Source of the DNA: Podarcis tiliguerta
Taxonomy: Eukaryota
Assembly (NCBI GenBank): GCA_965153285.1
Contig: OZ229113.1
Strand: one strand, 5' to 3'
Length of the DNA stretch: 64,000 nt
The translations under genes were made by a program, and so were the position numbers. The notes beneath the pieces are model-generated. The model ran no database searches, was not told the origin of the DNA, and was given only the letters and a program-made list of their open reading frames with translations. Positions within the stretch are counted from its first letter, which is position 1; each line of letters begins with the position of its first letter. Of this stretch, positions 13,157 to 25,356 are shown piece by piece.

Positions 13157-13157
13157 T
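12745..13157 (+). mobile_element. L2 LINE 3' fragment with (TAA)n tail
   Basis: FKLLVLTFKALNGLGPVYL...RAFSVVAPALWNALP, the L2 ORF2 C-terminus, then 3' UTR and (TAA)n. Confidence 0.85.
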
Positions 13158-13734
13158 ACAGTGCCTCCAGGCAAAGGTGTCTTGTGCTTATTGGGCACAG
13201 AACGGAGCTTACCTTTCCCTATTGTTCATTGTGATCCTATGCATGTTTACTCAAATGTACAGTCCCACTGAGTCCAGCGCATAGATTCCCCCCTTAAGTG
13301 TATGAGATCACAGCCTGAGGCTATTCTTGAGGAATAAGGCTTTCTGTCTCCTACTCCAACAGAAGAAATAAGTAAAACATCACAGGAAATCACTTCAAAA
13401 ACCTGGCACATGAAACTACTTAGCGCAGACAAACTCAAAAGAACAAAAACAAAGTAAATAAAACACCAAAAAAGTAAAATGAAAAATACAAGCCTCTTAC
13501 AATTGAAGCACTTTTTTTAAAAAAAATATTTCTCTTTACTAAATCAAGGAATACATGTATTTTTATAATATTGTATCAATGTGAGTAAAATGGTTGCTTT
13601 CAGTCAAGCATAAATACTCAGACTTAAGGCAGAAAAAAATACCATGTATAAAATTCTACAAATAGCCAGGAGGAGACATTACAAGACAGGCACTTAAACA
13701 GCATGCTATTTTTAAGTGCCCTTGAGTCAAGGTT

Positions 13735-13930
13735 GATGGCAGATCCATTTGAATTAAATACGAAAGATTACCTCTTACTGGTGAGCCACTACTCAAATTA
13801 TTTTCAAATTGAACCCTTGCCGAAGACATCAAGTAGAAATGTAATAACACACTGTAAATCACAGTTTGATCACTACAGTATTCCATATGAGTTAATAACA
13901 GACAAGAGCTCCCAACTCATAAGTGCTTAG
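13735..13930 (+). pseudogene. Gypsy-type integrase core fragment
   Basis: ADPFELNTKDYLLLVSHYSNYFQIEPLPKTSSRNVITHCKSQFDHYSIPYELITDKSSQLIS resembles the rve core (YLLxVDYYS...FxRxGIPxxLxTDNGPQF), degenerate. Confidence 0.7.
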
Positions 13931-14274
13931 TATTGACAATGCAGCCCAGCATTAAACTGCTATAATGCCAAAAGAAGGAGAGAGATGGCTTTAATAGAAA
14001 AGGATTTCATAATGAAAGCTTTCTTCGAAGTCTCTGTGTTTAGCATCATCATAATGTAGCGGGAACACAACCATATTATTAGTAAGGATATTTCAGGATT
14101 ACTTGGGGTGTTTTTTAGAATTCATGGTCAGAAGGGCAAAAATATTCCCCCCAATGTCGCATTCCATTTTTTATTTGGCAAAGGGCCGTAGCTCTGTGCT
14201 TTGCCTGAAGAAGGCCTGAGGTTTAACCCCCGGGATCTCTGTCTGAAATTCTGGGGATCTGTTGCTAGCCAATA

Positions 14275-14552
14275 CAGTGGTGCCTCGCAAGACGAAATTA
14301 ATCCGTTTCGCGAGTCTCTTCGTCTTGCAGTTTTTTCGTCTTGCGAAGCACGCCTATTAGCGGCTTAGCGGCTATTAATGGCTTGGCGGCTTTAAGAAAA
14401 AGGAAACAAACTTGCAAGAACTCGCAAGACGTTCGTCTTGCAAAGCAAGCCCATAGGGAAATTCGTCTTGCGGAACGACTCAAAAAACGGAAAAAACTTT
14501 CGTCTAGCGAGTTTTTCGTCTTGCGAGGCATTCATCTTGCGGGGCACCACTG
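14275..14552. mobile_element. Tc1/mariner MITE
   Basis: TA|CAGTGGTGCCTCGCAAGA...TCTTGCGGGGCACCACTG|TA; internal repeats of ttcgtcttgcg. Confidence 0.85.
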
Positions 14553-16612
14553 TATAGAGAGCTAAATTGACCAGTGATCTGTCTCAGTATAGGACAGCCT
14601 CCTAGGTTCCTAAATGTAAGCAGATTCAAAATAATTTTGGAGCATACATCTCATAAGAAGGGGGAAGGAATGACTGATGAAAAATAACTCAAAGAAAGAG
14701 GAGCTGCATTGATAAAGTGCGTTCTCCTTCATAGAGAGCACATGTTGCGGTGGGGGCTGACAAGACACCCCACTCTTGCTGGGCGGGTAAAATTGAGTTG
14801 GCCACTGTTGCGATTGGGCTCCTCTTGTTGTGGGGGAGATTTTAATGTTGCCATTTTCAGCTAGAAATGAGATCAAAGGTAACTTTTTGAGACTGTTAAA
14901 GTTCAAACTCAGCCAGCAACATTCTTGTATTTAAACAACTATTTGGAGAAAGGTACTTGGGCTTTGTGTAAAACAAAACAATATGTCAAAGAAAGAGAAA
15001 AAATTGTGCTGGTTTCTCGCTAGCTGACATCTTGTAACATCTTAGTAAACACCACACTTGCTAATCTGGGTTTTAATGTGCAGTCCACTGGATAAACCAT
15101 AGCCAATGAAAAGTATTACAGATATGGGATTGTAAGTGAAACAGATTATTCCAAGGTTCATGGATAAATAAGGTATAATAGGAGAGGAATGACAGGATTA
15201 GATTATACTAGAAACATAAAAGAAAATGCATGGAAATAATATTGTTGGTTTACATGAATGATATAATGTATTGAGAAAACAATATCCCCCCAAAATGTCA
15301 TAAGAATGCCATTGGCAAAACAATCAATTAGAGCAATTGGCATAAGAACCCTAGACTTGCATTTTGCCATCACAATTCTCCAGCCACCTAGTTTGAAAAG
15401 TTTCTGCGTTCCCTAATCCTTTTATACTGCCTTGTATTGTGGAATACCCTTACAATGCAGTAGGTCGAAGTAGCCTGCTGTCTCCAGAGATACAAACAAA
15501 CAAACAAACAAACAAACAAGAGGAGTGAATGTGCAGATAGTAATCAAGAATAGATCGATAGATCGATAGATAGACCAGCCAGGACCAGATGTCTTCATTA
15601 TCTGCATCATCTTTCATCCCTTGTGAAATTTTTGGAACTGGGCTCTGCAAGTAGGCAAAATGATATTTCCAACTTCCAAATGTGTGCTTAATCGGTTTAG
15701 TGGGAAATGTCACTGGTACCTGGCTCTTGGTTATTATCTTCATGCAAGTCACATGCTCACATTTCATACCAGCATCTTCTTCAAAACATACTATGTTATG
15801 ATTATGTGTCTTATCAGGTTGTCTGCTTTTTTCGTCTTTAGCATTGGTCCAGATTCCAGCCTCACGTTGAATTTTTTGCTGAAGCAAATCAGCAGCCAAA
15901 CAGCATCAGGATTTCTCCATTGGTATCAATTCATTGTAGCCCATCATGGATGGCTGTTGTGTTTGCTGAATGAGATAGTTCCTTGACTTAGCAGGAACAG
16001 GCTGGCAACACTCGCCTCTTTATGTTAAATTCTCTTATGCCTAAAGGACAACAGCCCAGTGTCATATTATTCAAGCCAATGTTAATTGTTTCCCAGTGTC
16101 CAGTTTTAAAGGGCAAGTAATTTAGATTTAGCAAATGAGAGCTCCCATGCTATTGTCTAAGCTAACGGTCATTTCATTTAAAAGTAAATTTTCTCATTGC
16201 TGGTCATTCAGAAACGCATCACACAATTTAATACCCTTTTTACACCACGATGGTTCAAGGGAGATAGTTAACACATTTTACCGAACAATTCACTCACTGA
16301 GGTAAACAGGGGTGGTTAAGATGGACTGTGAACTCCTAATTCAAAATTAATAAATAAAACTAAGCTGTTGCAGGGGAGACTGGGTCATTCTCTTTTACTT
16401 CTCTTTTAGCTTCTTTTACAGAGGTGAAACAAAGCTGCAATTTGCCTTAACAAAGACCCAGTTGTAATATCAAAATACATGTTTGGAAATATAGCATCAT
16501 CAGAAGCTATATGCATTCATTGCATGCCTCTTCTTAACAGTGACTCGTATGACCTTTAACCTGCAAAGCTTTTTTTTAAAAAACAACAACAACAACCTGT
16601 TCTTATTCAGTA

Positions 16613-16852
16613 CAGTGGTACCGGGTTACATACACTTCAGGTTACATATGCTTCAGGTTACAGACTCCACTAACCCAGAAATATTACCTCGGGTTAAGAA
16701 CTTTGCTTCAGTATGAGAACGGAAATTGTGCTCTGGCGGCGCGGCAGCAATGGGAGGCCCCATTAGCTAAAGTGGTGCTTCAGGTTAAGAACAGTTTCAG
16801 GTTAAGTACGGACCTCCAGAACGAATTAAGTACTTAACCCGAGGTACCACTG
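16613..16852. mobile_element. Tc1/mariner (Tigger-like) MITE
   Basis: TA|CAGTGGTACC...GGTACCACTG|TA; aligns with 3102-3323. Confidence 0.85.
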
Positions 16853-18062
16853 TACTAACAATAATTTTTTGGTCCTCCTGTTAAGAGGTCATTTATATTA
16901 AAGAAACAGTTGTCATTGTTGCTGCTGCTGCTGTCATTATGTAACTTTCTGTACTTCCATGTGACAAAAGTGCCCCCCCCCCAATATACAATACGAAGAC
17001 ACCTAGGTTTAATTTTGGCAGTCATTCAGTGACAACAAATTTGTCCTGATGGTAAAGACAACAGATATAACACTGAACTTGTAGCGTGTAAGACTGGTGA
17101 GAAGAACTGGGACATTACTTCATTTGCACCCATCTATTGTCATGCTGAAAAGTGAGTGTGTGTGCCCAAGCAGGCAAGTAGCCTAGGCAGGCCTCCCCAC
17201 ACTCCACTCCATTGCTGCTGGGCCACTGGGATTGAAGAGGACACAGTATTTTTCTCCTTCATCCACCCTGACCCCCATTGCAAGCAGGTGGGGCAAGCAG
17301 ATGGCCCAAGCAGGCCTTCTGCAGTTGGTGGCAGCAGCAGAGAGAGGCATGCTTAATCCCAGAGAAAGGGGTATTTTGCAGGCACAATGGGGAGACTTAG
17401 GCTGGATCCTAAGCCCATTCATATCAGTCACACAACCTGGCATAAATCACTCTGGCAAAAAGCTTGATGTAAAATACTATTTTAAAAGCTTGTTTTCCCT
17501 CTGCCAGGCTCAGGTATCACCACCAGCAGACCTGGCACTGAACAGCTTGCGTTCTGGTGCAACTTTACACCGGCTTACACTGGCTTGCTTTATGCCAGCT
17601 TCTGGTGCATACGATTGCCCCCTCAGGGTATCAAAAAAAGGAAGTATATATAACCTTTTAACAGTTAAGGGGGGGGGCTTTTAACAGTTTTATTAATAGT
17701 CTTGTGTTATGTTTAGGGGTACATGACATTTACATTTTCCAGCCTACCTAAATTTTATTCATTGCATCAGCTCATTCTGACATTTGATGCAGAAGTGCTT
17801 GAATACCAAATGCAGGGATTTTCATTGTTGGTATTTTTCATTCCTGGTCTTCAATTAAGGCGAGATGAAAGAAAACAAAAGAACTCCAGTGTGTTCTACT
17901 TTTCTAATACTGAGAAGCCATTTATTTGTTCAAAGTCATCTTGCTGCAACAGATATTAGCAAGATATTCCGGTATGGTATATAATGCTCAGTTCATGTAG
18001 CAATGTATTCCATGCATCGTATAGTGTTGAGTGTAAAGATCTACATGGAATTACAATAAATA

Positions 18063-18912
18063 CAGGTGAAACTCGGAAAATTAGAATATTGTGGAAAAGT
18101 TCATTTATTTCAGTAATTCAACTTAAAAAGTGAAACTAATATATGAAATAGACTTGTGACATGCAAAGTGAGATATGTCAAGCCTTTATTTGTTATAATT
18201 GTGATGATCATGGCGTACAGCTGATGAAAACCCCAAATTAACAATCTCACAAAATTAGAATATAAAATGAAATCAGCAAAACAAGGACTGCAAATAGAGC
18301 AATATTGGACCTCTGAGAAGTAGAAGCATGCATATGTACTCAATACTTGGTCTGAGCCCCTTTTGCATCAATTACTGCCTCAGTGTGGCGTGGCATGGAT
18401 GCTATCAGCCTGTGGCACTGCTGAAGTGTTATGGAAGACCAGGAAGCTTCAATAGCAGCCTTCAGCTCTTCTGCATTGCTCGGTCTCATGTCTCTCATTT
18501 TTCTCTTGGCAGTGCCCCATAGATTCTCTATGGGGTTCATGTCAGGTGAGTTTGCTGTCCAATCAAGCACAGTAATCCCATGGACATTTAACCAGGTTTT
18601 GGTACTTTTGGCAGTGTGGGCAGGTGCCAAAGTCCAGCTGGAAAATGAAGTCAGCATCCCCATAAAGCTCGGCTGCGGAAGGAAGAATGAAGTGCTCCAA
18701 AATCTCCTGGTAGATGGCTGCGTTGACCCTGGACTTAATGAAGCACAGTGGACCAACACCAGCTGATGACATGGCTCCCCAAATCAACACAGACTGTGGA
18801 AACTTCACACTCGACTTCAAGCATCTGACATTGTGTGCCTCCCCATTCTTCCTCCAGACTCTGGGTCCTTGGTTTCCAAATGAGATGCAAAAGCTGCTCT
18901 GATCAGAAAAGA
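18063..18912 (-). mobile_element. Tc1-family DNA transposon, truncated: one TIR plus frameshifted transposase catalytic domain
   Basis: TA|CAGGTGAAACTC terminus; minus-strand LFSDQSSF...VLIWGAMSSAGVGPL...FIFQLD / LAPAHTAK...WTANSPDMNPIENLW...AVIDAKGAQTKY (DD34E layout) split by a frameshift near 18630. Confidence 0.92.
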
Positions 18913-21131
18913 GATTTGGTACATGGGTGGTATCCAACGCATCTGTTCTGTTCACAAATGGATATCAGTATTCACCACCCTTTCTTATCCCCTCACATGT
19001 CCTTCATCCTCTCCAAATCTGCCCCGGAGGATTGGGGGGGGGGACCCAGAACAGATTTAGAGGGTACACCGGGGTGCACAGGAAGACGAGAAGGTGGGGA
19101 AGTCCTGTTGCACAGCCAAAAGTCCTTGTGCTTACTGAACAAGTTCATTCAATACTTTGCCATCTAACCAACTGAGCCATTTAGCCAGTACTCCACAACC
19201 CATTTAATCTAGAGATAGTTCATTGATAAGAATCAGGCTATTGTAGGGTAAAACAATTGCAGACTGGGAATGTTTCTCTCCTTTTTAGCTTCTATCATCA
19301 CTATTCTTCAAGGGGCAAAAAGAGAATAAACATAGAAGCACTTCTAAAATTGCAGGCTATGGTAACCCTCTTGTAAATGATATGGTATTAAACAGCAATG
19401 AAAAACGTAAGCCTAAATGAAAAGAACGGTAATGGTCTTAAGTAACGGTACATGAGATAAAAAAGCCCCAACACATTCCCTCTTCTTAACAGAAATGTTT
19501 TCTTCAGGAAGTAAAAATTAAATCACTTATTCATAAAGCTCATTTAAACCTATACTTTTGTCTCTTTCCGTGAGTGATTGCATTTCCTTTTTAGATTTTG
19601 AAAGTGTGAAATGTTCCGTAAATAGACTCATAAATTTGCTTGGGTTAAAAGCCATTTTCTTAAGGTATATTTACAGTATTTGGGTAATATGTATGTACAT
19701 TCAATAAATCTTTTAGCATAATGTGCATCTTTTTCAAATAAGTTACTCCTCTGTGGCTTTATTCATAACTATAAAACTCAGTGTGGTTCACATTGCTGGC
19801 CAACTACGGTAGCAGACTAATCAGGTATGACTGAACACTCAAACGCTTACTTGATTGCTAAATGAAATATTTTAGCATCCTCTAGATGGTGCTCATTAAA
19901 TTCTCCTGACACCCAAACATTGCCAGATTATATTTGCTTAAAGTGCCTGCATAAAGTTTACAGTAGGTTGTTCTGGGTTTCTATTTTTCTAAGTTGTACA
20001 TTTTGTAACGAACATTCAAGTCATTCTTTGCTTTGTATAGTAGTGTGGAGCTCTTTCTCTAGGTCAAATAGCTGGAGAGTTCAGGCAAACTCTTTAACAA
20101 AAGAATCATCTTGGAAGCACATTCCACCAGAATCCATTTTCCCCTGGAAATATTTCTAATATTTTATTTTTCCGCATCTCCCCCTCCCAAAGAAGCCAAT
20201 AGTAAAATTTTATCTGAATTTTCTCCATCTTCTCCTCGCCCTCACATTGCAGCCACCATTTCCCCTCACCAGAAGGCCCTAGAGCGGCACTAGGTCTGGG
20301 GCATTGGGGGGGATGCAAAATGGCAGCCAGGCAGCCAACACAATTGCTGTTCATGTCACTTATGGCAGCTGCAGCAGCAAAGAAACCTGTAGGGGAGGAA
20401 AGAAAAGAAAGACTATCCCTGCTTATGTTGATCTTCACCCTCGAGAAACAGATGAGTAATTTCTTCTCTCCTCCACTTCCAGAGAAATTCAATGAAACGG
20501 CCCCCTCCCCAATTTATTAGCCCACAAATAGAGCAAAGGATGTGGATAGGCCTTCTTCACACAGCGCTGCATACCAATGTAAAATATGCTGATTTCTTGA
20601 TGTCACGTCTAGTGAGTTCTGTGCAATGTAATTCAAAAACCGGACAGGAGCGAATGATTAATTTTGAGAGCGATGTGGAGAAACTACATCTCACACAGTA
20701 TATTTTGGTTTAATTTTTTTTAAAAAAAGCATTAGTAATTTCCGCTCACTCTATTTCTGCCAGCAGAAATTTTAAAAATAGTGAATGACACCTGTCTGAA
20801 TATCCATGACAGAAATAATTGAGCAGCTAGGGTCTTCGAGTAGAAATGGAGGCACAGCTTCTCCATACCTTATGAGATGTATGAATTTGTAAACATAGAG
20901 CTTCCTCACCTTATCACATTATGGATACATTTCCTTTGTTGTTTTAAGATTCAGATACATATTACGAACTGACAAACACACAAATATTTAATAAAACAAA
21001 TTTTATTAAATATTTCTTAGTTTACAAAAATGCATGCATTGTCTCTTTTCTCAAGTTGTGTTTTCTACAGATCAGTTGCATTTGCTGTGAGATATTAGTG
21101 TTGCATGCAGTATTGGGTAATAATAACAATA

Positions 21132-21355
21132 CAGTGGTACCTCGGTTTACAAACTTAATCCGTTCCAGAAGTCCGTTCTTAAACCAAAACTGTTCTTTCC
21201 CTAATGAGTCCTCCCGCCGCCAGTACCCTTCCAACATTCGGATTCCGTTCTCAGACCAAGGTAAAGTTCGCAAACTGGGACACTACTTCCGGTTTTGTGG
21301 AGTTCGTAAACAAAATCATTCATAAACAGGACTGTTCTTAAAACAAGGACCACTG
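21132..21355. mobile_element. Tc1/mariner MITE
   Basis: TA|CAGTGGTACCT...AGGACCACTG|TA. Confidence 0.75.
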
Positions 21356-21681
21356 TAATCATCATCATCATCATCATCATGTTCATCATTTATACCCCAG
21401 CCACTCTGGGCTACTCCCAACAGAATACTAAAAACACGATAAAACACCAAACATTTAAAACTTACCTAAACAGGGCTTCCATCAAATTCCTCCTATCTGC
21501 AGCAAAGGACACCTGCCTTGTTTTCATTCCCAAATATATCAAGAAGCACTTCAGCCTTTATATTTTTTGACTAATAGGAAATATCCACACATAGTTAAGC
21601 CTTTTTCATCTCAAATCTTATTTAAGGAATACCTTCATTGTATTTTATTACCATTCATTTACTTCCAGAGCTATGTGGTAG

Positions 21682-21910
21682 AGACTCTCCTCTTTGAAAG
21701 AGAGGGGAGTGGTTGTGGGCGGGAGCCCGAGCTCCGCCCCTAGCAGGGGGCAACCGCCCCCTGCTTAATTAATTAGCTTACCTGGCTGGCGCGCCCCCGC
21801 CCACCAGCCGGCACCCAATCGGGTGCCGGTGGGGGGCGTGTCCAGCGTGCTTTAAAATAGAGCGCCAGCCCTCCTCCCGGCCTCTTTCTTCCTCGTCCCT
21901 CCGAGAGTCA
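21682..21910 (+). repeat. Split direct repeat A1 (229 bp)
   Basis: Identical by eye to A2 at 28891-29119. Confidence 0.95.
21716..21890 (+). promoter_or_regulatory. Putative Pol II promoter in repeat A
   Basis: GC boxes; CCAAT inside the palindrome ccggcacccaatcgggtgccgg; TATA-like TTTAAAA at 21851-21857; pyrimidine initiator CCTCTTTC about 30 nt later. TATA + CTCTTT spacing recurs in the solo relics. Confidence 0.6.
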
Positions 21911-23886
21911 GCTGGGGCATCCCGTTGCGTGTCGGAGTCAGGGAAGTATTTGCGGCTTGCTTCGCGTTCTATCTGTCGTTCTTTGTCTGTGTGGTGTGTG
22001 TGTGCCTGTCTGTTGTGTGTATCCTCGGGTTTAATTTACGTATTGTGAAGTCGGCAAGGTGCGCGTGTGGGTGCTTGTGCGATTGTAAGCTGCGCTTCGC
22101 GTTTTCGACCGTGCGTCTTCGCTCTCCCCCACGCCCCTTCGTGAGAGCGCTTTTGGGGATTTTGCGAGTTTGCGCTGTGTGTTGCTTGCGCGAGTGTGCG
22201 TCCTCGCCCCCCCCCCCTTTGCGTGAGCTCTTTTCGTTGGTTCCCTTTCTGAGTCCAGCCCCAAACTAAAATCATCTCGCCCCTAAATCTTGCGATCGCG
22301 CACAGCTGGGAATTAGAAAAAATTGCTTTTCGGCGTTCCCACGTGGTCACAGCCGCATTATCCGCCCCCCCCCCCTTTTCAATCTTTTCAGTCTGATTCC
22401 CCTGGGGGATCTCAGGGAAGGTATAGATCGGCGGTCTTACAACAAATCCACACCGGGACCGCGTGCAGGCGGCTACAAGTCCGTGGTGACTGCCCGGCTT
22501 GCTCATTTTATTTCCCTGTGCGTGTCTCGCCGCCCGCTGTAAGGCATACCTGGCTATCTACATATTTGAAGGGAATATTTAGCACCCTAGCTTCCCTTTG
22601 CGCTATCCGTTTGCCCTTCCAGCGCACCTTCCCACATTTTGCTTATTACTTGGTTCCTTCTTTCGCCTTCCCTTTTCCTACGATCAGAATTCCGCTTCAT
22701 TTTACTTCTCTGCTACTGGTAACTCTACCCTTAGTCACTTCACTCCCTGTTACGTTGGCTCCTATTTGCGTGGTTCCCCCTGCATTCTAGACCCACTTAA
22801 TCTACCCTTTATTGGGAATTTAAAATAGGCTGGCCTACTGGTCTATTTGATTCTAAAATAGCGCTGGCTTATCGTCTAATTGATTTCAAAATACTGCGGG
22901 TCTGGCAGTGATCTCTTAATAGTCAGAATATAGAAACTGCTGAGCCACCAACCCCCCCCCCCAAGCTCTATCGTGACTCATTGAAATAGTGCCGGTTAAG
23001 AACTACTCCCCCCCCCCCACTACAAGAGGCCCCTGCTGGCTCCCATCGTCTTTGTTTACCACGAACGACCCTTAATCGCCGTCATTGTTCAGGCTAGTGC
23101 TGAACCATTAGTCTGGCTGCCACAATAGTAGGGTGATCAGCAGCTTCCAGCCACCTATTGTCTGGGTCTCAATTGCTCTGCCGAGGCCAGCAGCCTATTG
23201 TTCGCGTCAATTTGCCCTGCATCGGTCATCTGTTGAGTTACAACTCTTTCAGAGGCGGTGATTCGCCGCCCCCTACTGGTGTTTTCTTGTGTGACACTTT
23301 TCAAGATAAACTTTTGCTGTCTTTAGTTGACCGCAGTAGGGCATTAAATTCAGGGAACCCAATAAGTTAATAGAACAAGTGAAGGAGGAAATTCATAGAT
23401 AGTAAACTTAATAGATACGACAATAGAAGCATTGTACAGGCACAGGTACAGATATATAATTATACGTTAATTCATTAGTAGTTAATCACAGATACACATA
23501 TATAATTATACGTCAATTTATTAGTAGTTAATACTGATAAATTTTAATTTTAACTTTTAATTTTAATTTTTAATTTTAATTTTAATTTTTAATTTTAATT
23601 TTAATTTTAATTTTTTTTTTTTTCCCCCTCCCACACCTACCTTTCTCTACACACCTACCTTCCTCAATTACTTTCTTGGATAGATACAAACTCATATATA
23701 TAGAAATAAATATAAATAAATAATACAAAATAAAACAAAATAAACAAAATAAATAAATAAAATAAAATTAAAATAAAATATATAAATAAATAATAAGAAA
23801 TAAGCAATCTAATAAATAAATAAATAAGTAATAAAGAAATATAAACAATCAAGCAGGCAATTGCAAAGGGTTCCCTAAGCCGTATC

Positions 23887-25356
23887 ATGGCCCCTAAGAG
23901 GAAGCGCGCACCTGAAGCACGCAAGACAGCCGCCAAACCATCCCGCGGGCCACAGGGTAAGAATAACAATCAAAAGCCGATCACTCATTTATTAAAAGCC
24001 TTTAGGTCCTTTCTTGACGATTACGAACAGCGCTTTCCCGAGGAAGACCCTAGCCCTCCCTCATCCCCCGACGCTATCCCGGATACTCAGGTGATACCAG
24101 AAAGCCCCCGGCCTTCTCAATTTGATGAAATCCCCGGTACCTCCGCGGCCCTCTTTGAAAGTTCACAGTTGGGTAGGGCGTCCACGAGCGGGCGGTCCGA
24201 ACCAGTGCGTACTAGATCACGATCTGGTGCAAACACATCTCGTGCTAAAGGGGATAAGGCAACTGCTAAATCTTCTGCTTCTAATAACACTGTTGCGCCC
24301 AGTTCTTCCAAGCGCACGCAGGACAAGCGGGTGCAGCCCCCGGAGTCATCGTCTTCGTCGGCGGAGGAAGGGGAGGAGCATGAGTCAGAGGAGTCCCCTG
24401 ACGTGCCGTCAGGAGAAAAACCATCCGGTAAGAGGCGTGAGAAGAAGAAGCATACCTGCAAGAGAAGCAAGTCAAGGAAGAGCGACTCGGATGAGACAGG
24501 TAGCTCTTCGTCAGACTATGATAGTGATGCGTCGCTGGGGTCATACTGGGGTCGAGGGGAGGAGATCTCGGGTCTCCCAGACTGGGCTCTGGATAGGAGG
24601 GCTTACAGCCACCGCAAAAAGTTTGGGGGGACCCAGGAGTGGAAGGACGGGGCCCTCGTTAAAGAGGCAACCGTATCGACCTACTCTACCTCGGATGTGA
24701 TTCCAGGGGACCACCTTTCTCCCAAGTTGCGCTCCAAAATTTTGAATGGCGAATTCGTAGACATGTTCAAGCTAGTTCCTCCAGCGGAGGAGCTGGGCCG
24801 GGGGGAGAAGAGGTCGTCCCATGGAAAACGGAAGAGCAGATTTCCGCCGGTTCCTAGGACGTTTGAGAATTGGTTGGACGGCTTTCAGGCCTTTATGGGA
24901 ACGATAGTGGCCGCGTATCCTAAGAGAGCAGTCCATTTGGTCGCCTATCTATCACACATCCGGACTGCCTATGCGCTCGCGGGTGAATTTGCTGCCATAG
25001 ATTACGATAAAAAGTTCCGGAGAAAAGCCTCTAGGATACCGTCGGCACGCTGGGACCAAATTGAGAACGGCATCTGGTCCGTAGCTGTGGGCCCGTATGT
25101 AGAGAAAAGGCAAGGGGACCCCTATCGTTTAGCCAGGGCGGAGCCTAGGAAGGACCTTAGGCGGAGAGTGTGTTGGGAGTACAACAAGGGGACCTGTCAA
25201 AGGGCTGCGTGTAAGTACTCTCATGAATGCGAGAGGTGTGCTGGGGCCCACCCGGTGGCGACATGCTTCAAAGGGAGTAAACAGCCCTTTCGAGGCGGCC
25301 GGGGGTTCCATCAAGGTAGTTCCAGGGGAGCCCCCGGAGCCGGGAACAGAAGGTGA
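23887..25356 (+). CDS. gag: Gag-like ORF1 (489 aa)
   Basis: Basic N-terminus (PKRKR), Ser/Glu-rich linker, core HLSPKLRSKILNGEFVDM...FENWLDGF, C-terminal CWEYNKGTCQRAACKYSHECERCAGAHPVATC zinc-finger motif. Confidence 0.9.
   Translation: MAPKRKRAPEARKTAAKPSRGPQGKNNNQKPITHLLKAFRSFLDDYEQRFPEEDPSPPSSPDAIPDTQVIPESPRPSQFDEIPGTSAALFESSQLGRASTSGRSEPVRTRSRSGANTSRAKGDKATAKSSASNNTVAPSSSKRTQDKRVQPPESSSSSAEEGEEHESEESPDVPSGEKPSGKRREKKKHTCKRSKSRKSDSDETGSSSSDYDSDASLGSYWGRGEEISGLPDWALDRRAYSHRKKFGGTQEWKDGALVKEATVSTYSTSDVIPGDHLSPKLRSKILNGEFVDMFKLVPPAEELGRGEKRSSHGKRKSRFPPVPRTFENWLDGFQAFMGTIVAAYPKRAVHLVAYLSHIRTAYALAGEFAAIDYDKKFRRKASRIPSARWDQIENGIWSVAVGPYVEKRQGDPYRLARAEPRKDLRRRVCWEYNKGTCQRAACKYSHECERCAGAHPVATCFKGSKQPFRGGRGFHQGSSRGAPGAGNRR

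Noticed and set aside
15580-15670. Possible minus-strand exon (SPVPKISQGMKDDADNEDIWSWL) behind a good acceptor
   Set aside because: No convincing donor, no neighbouring exons, no recognisable protein.
21925-22790. Several 100-156 aa ORFs in the Ngaro leader
   Set aside because: Expected by chance in GC-rich, stop-poor sequence; mostly non-ATG starts and no motifs.
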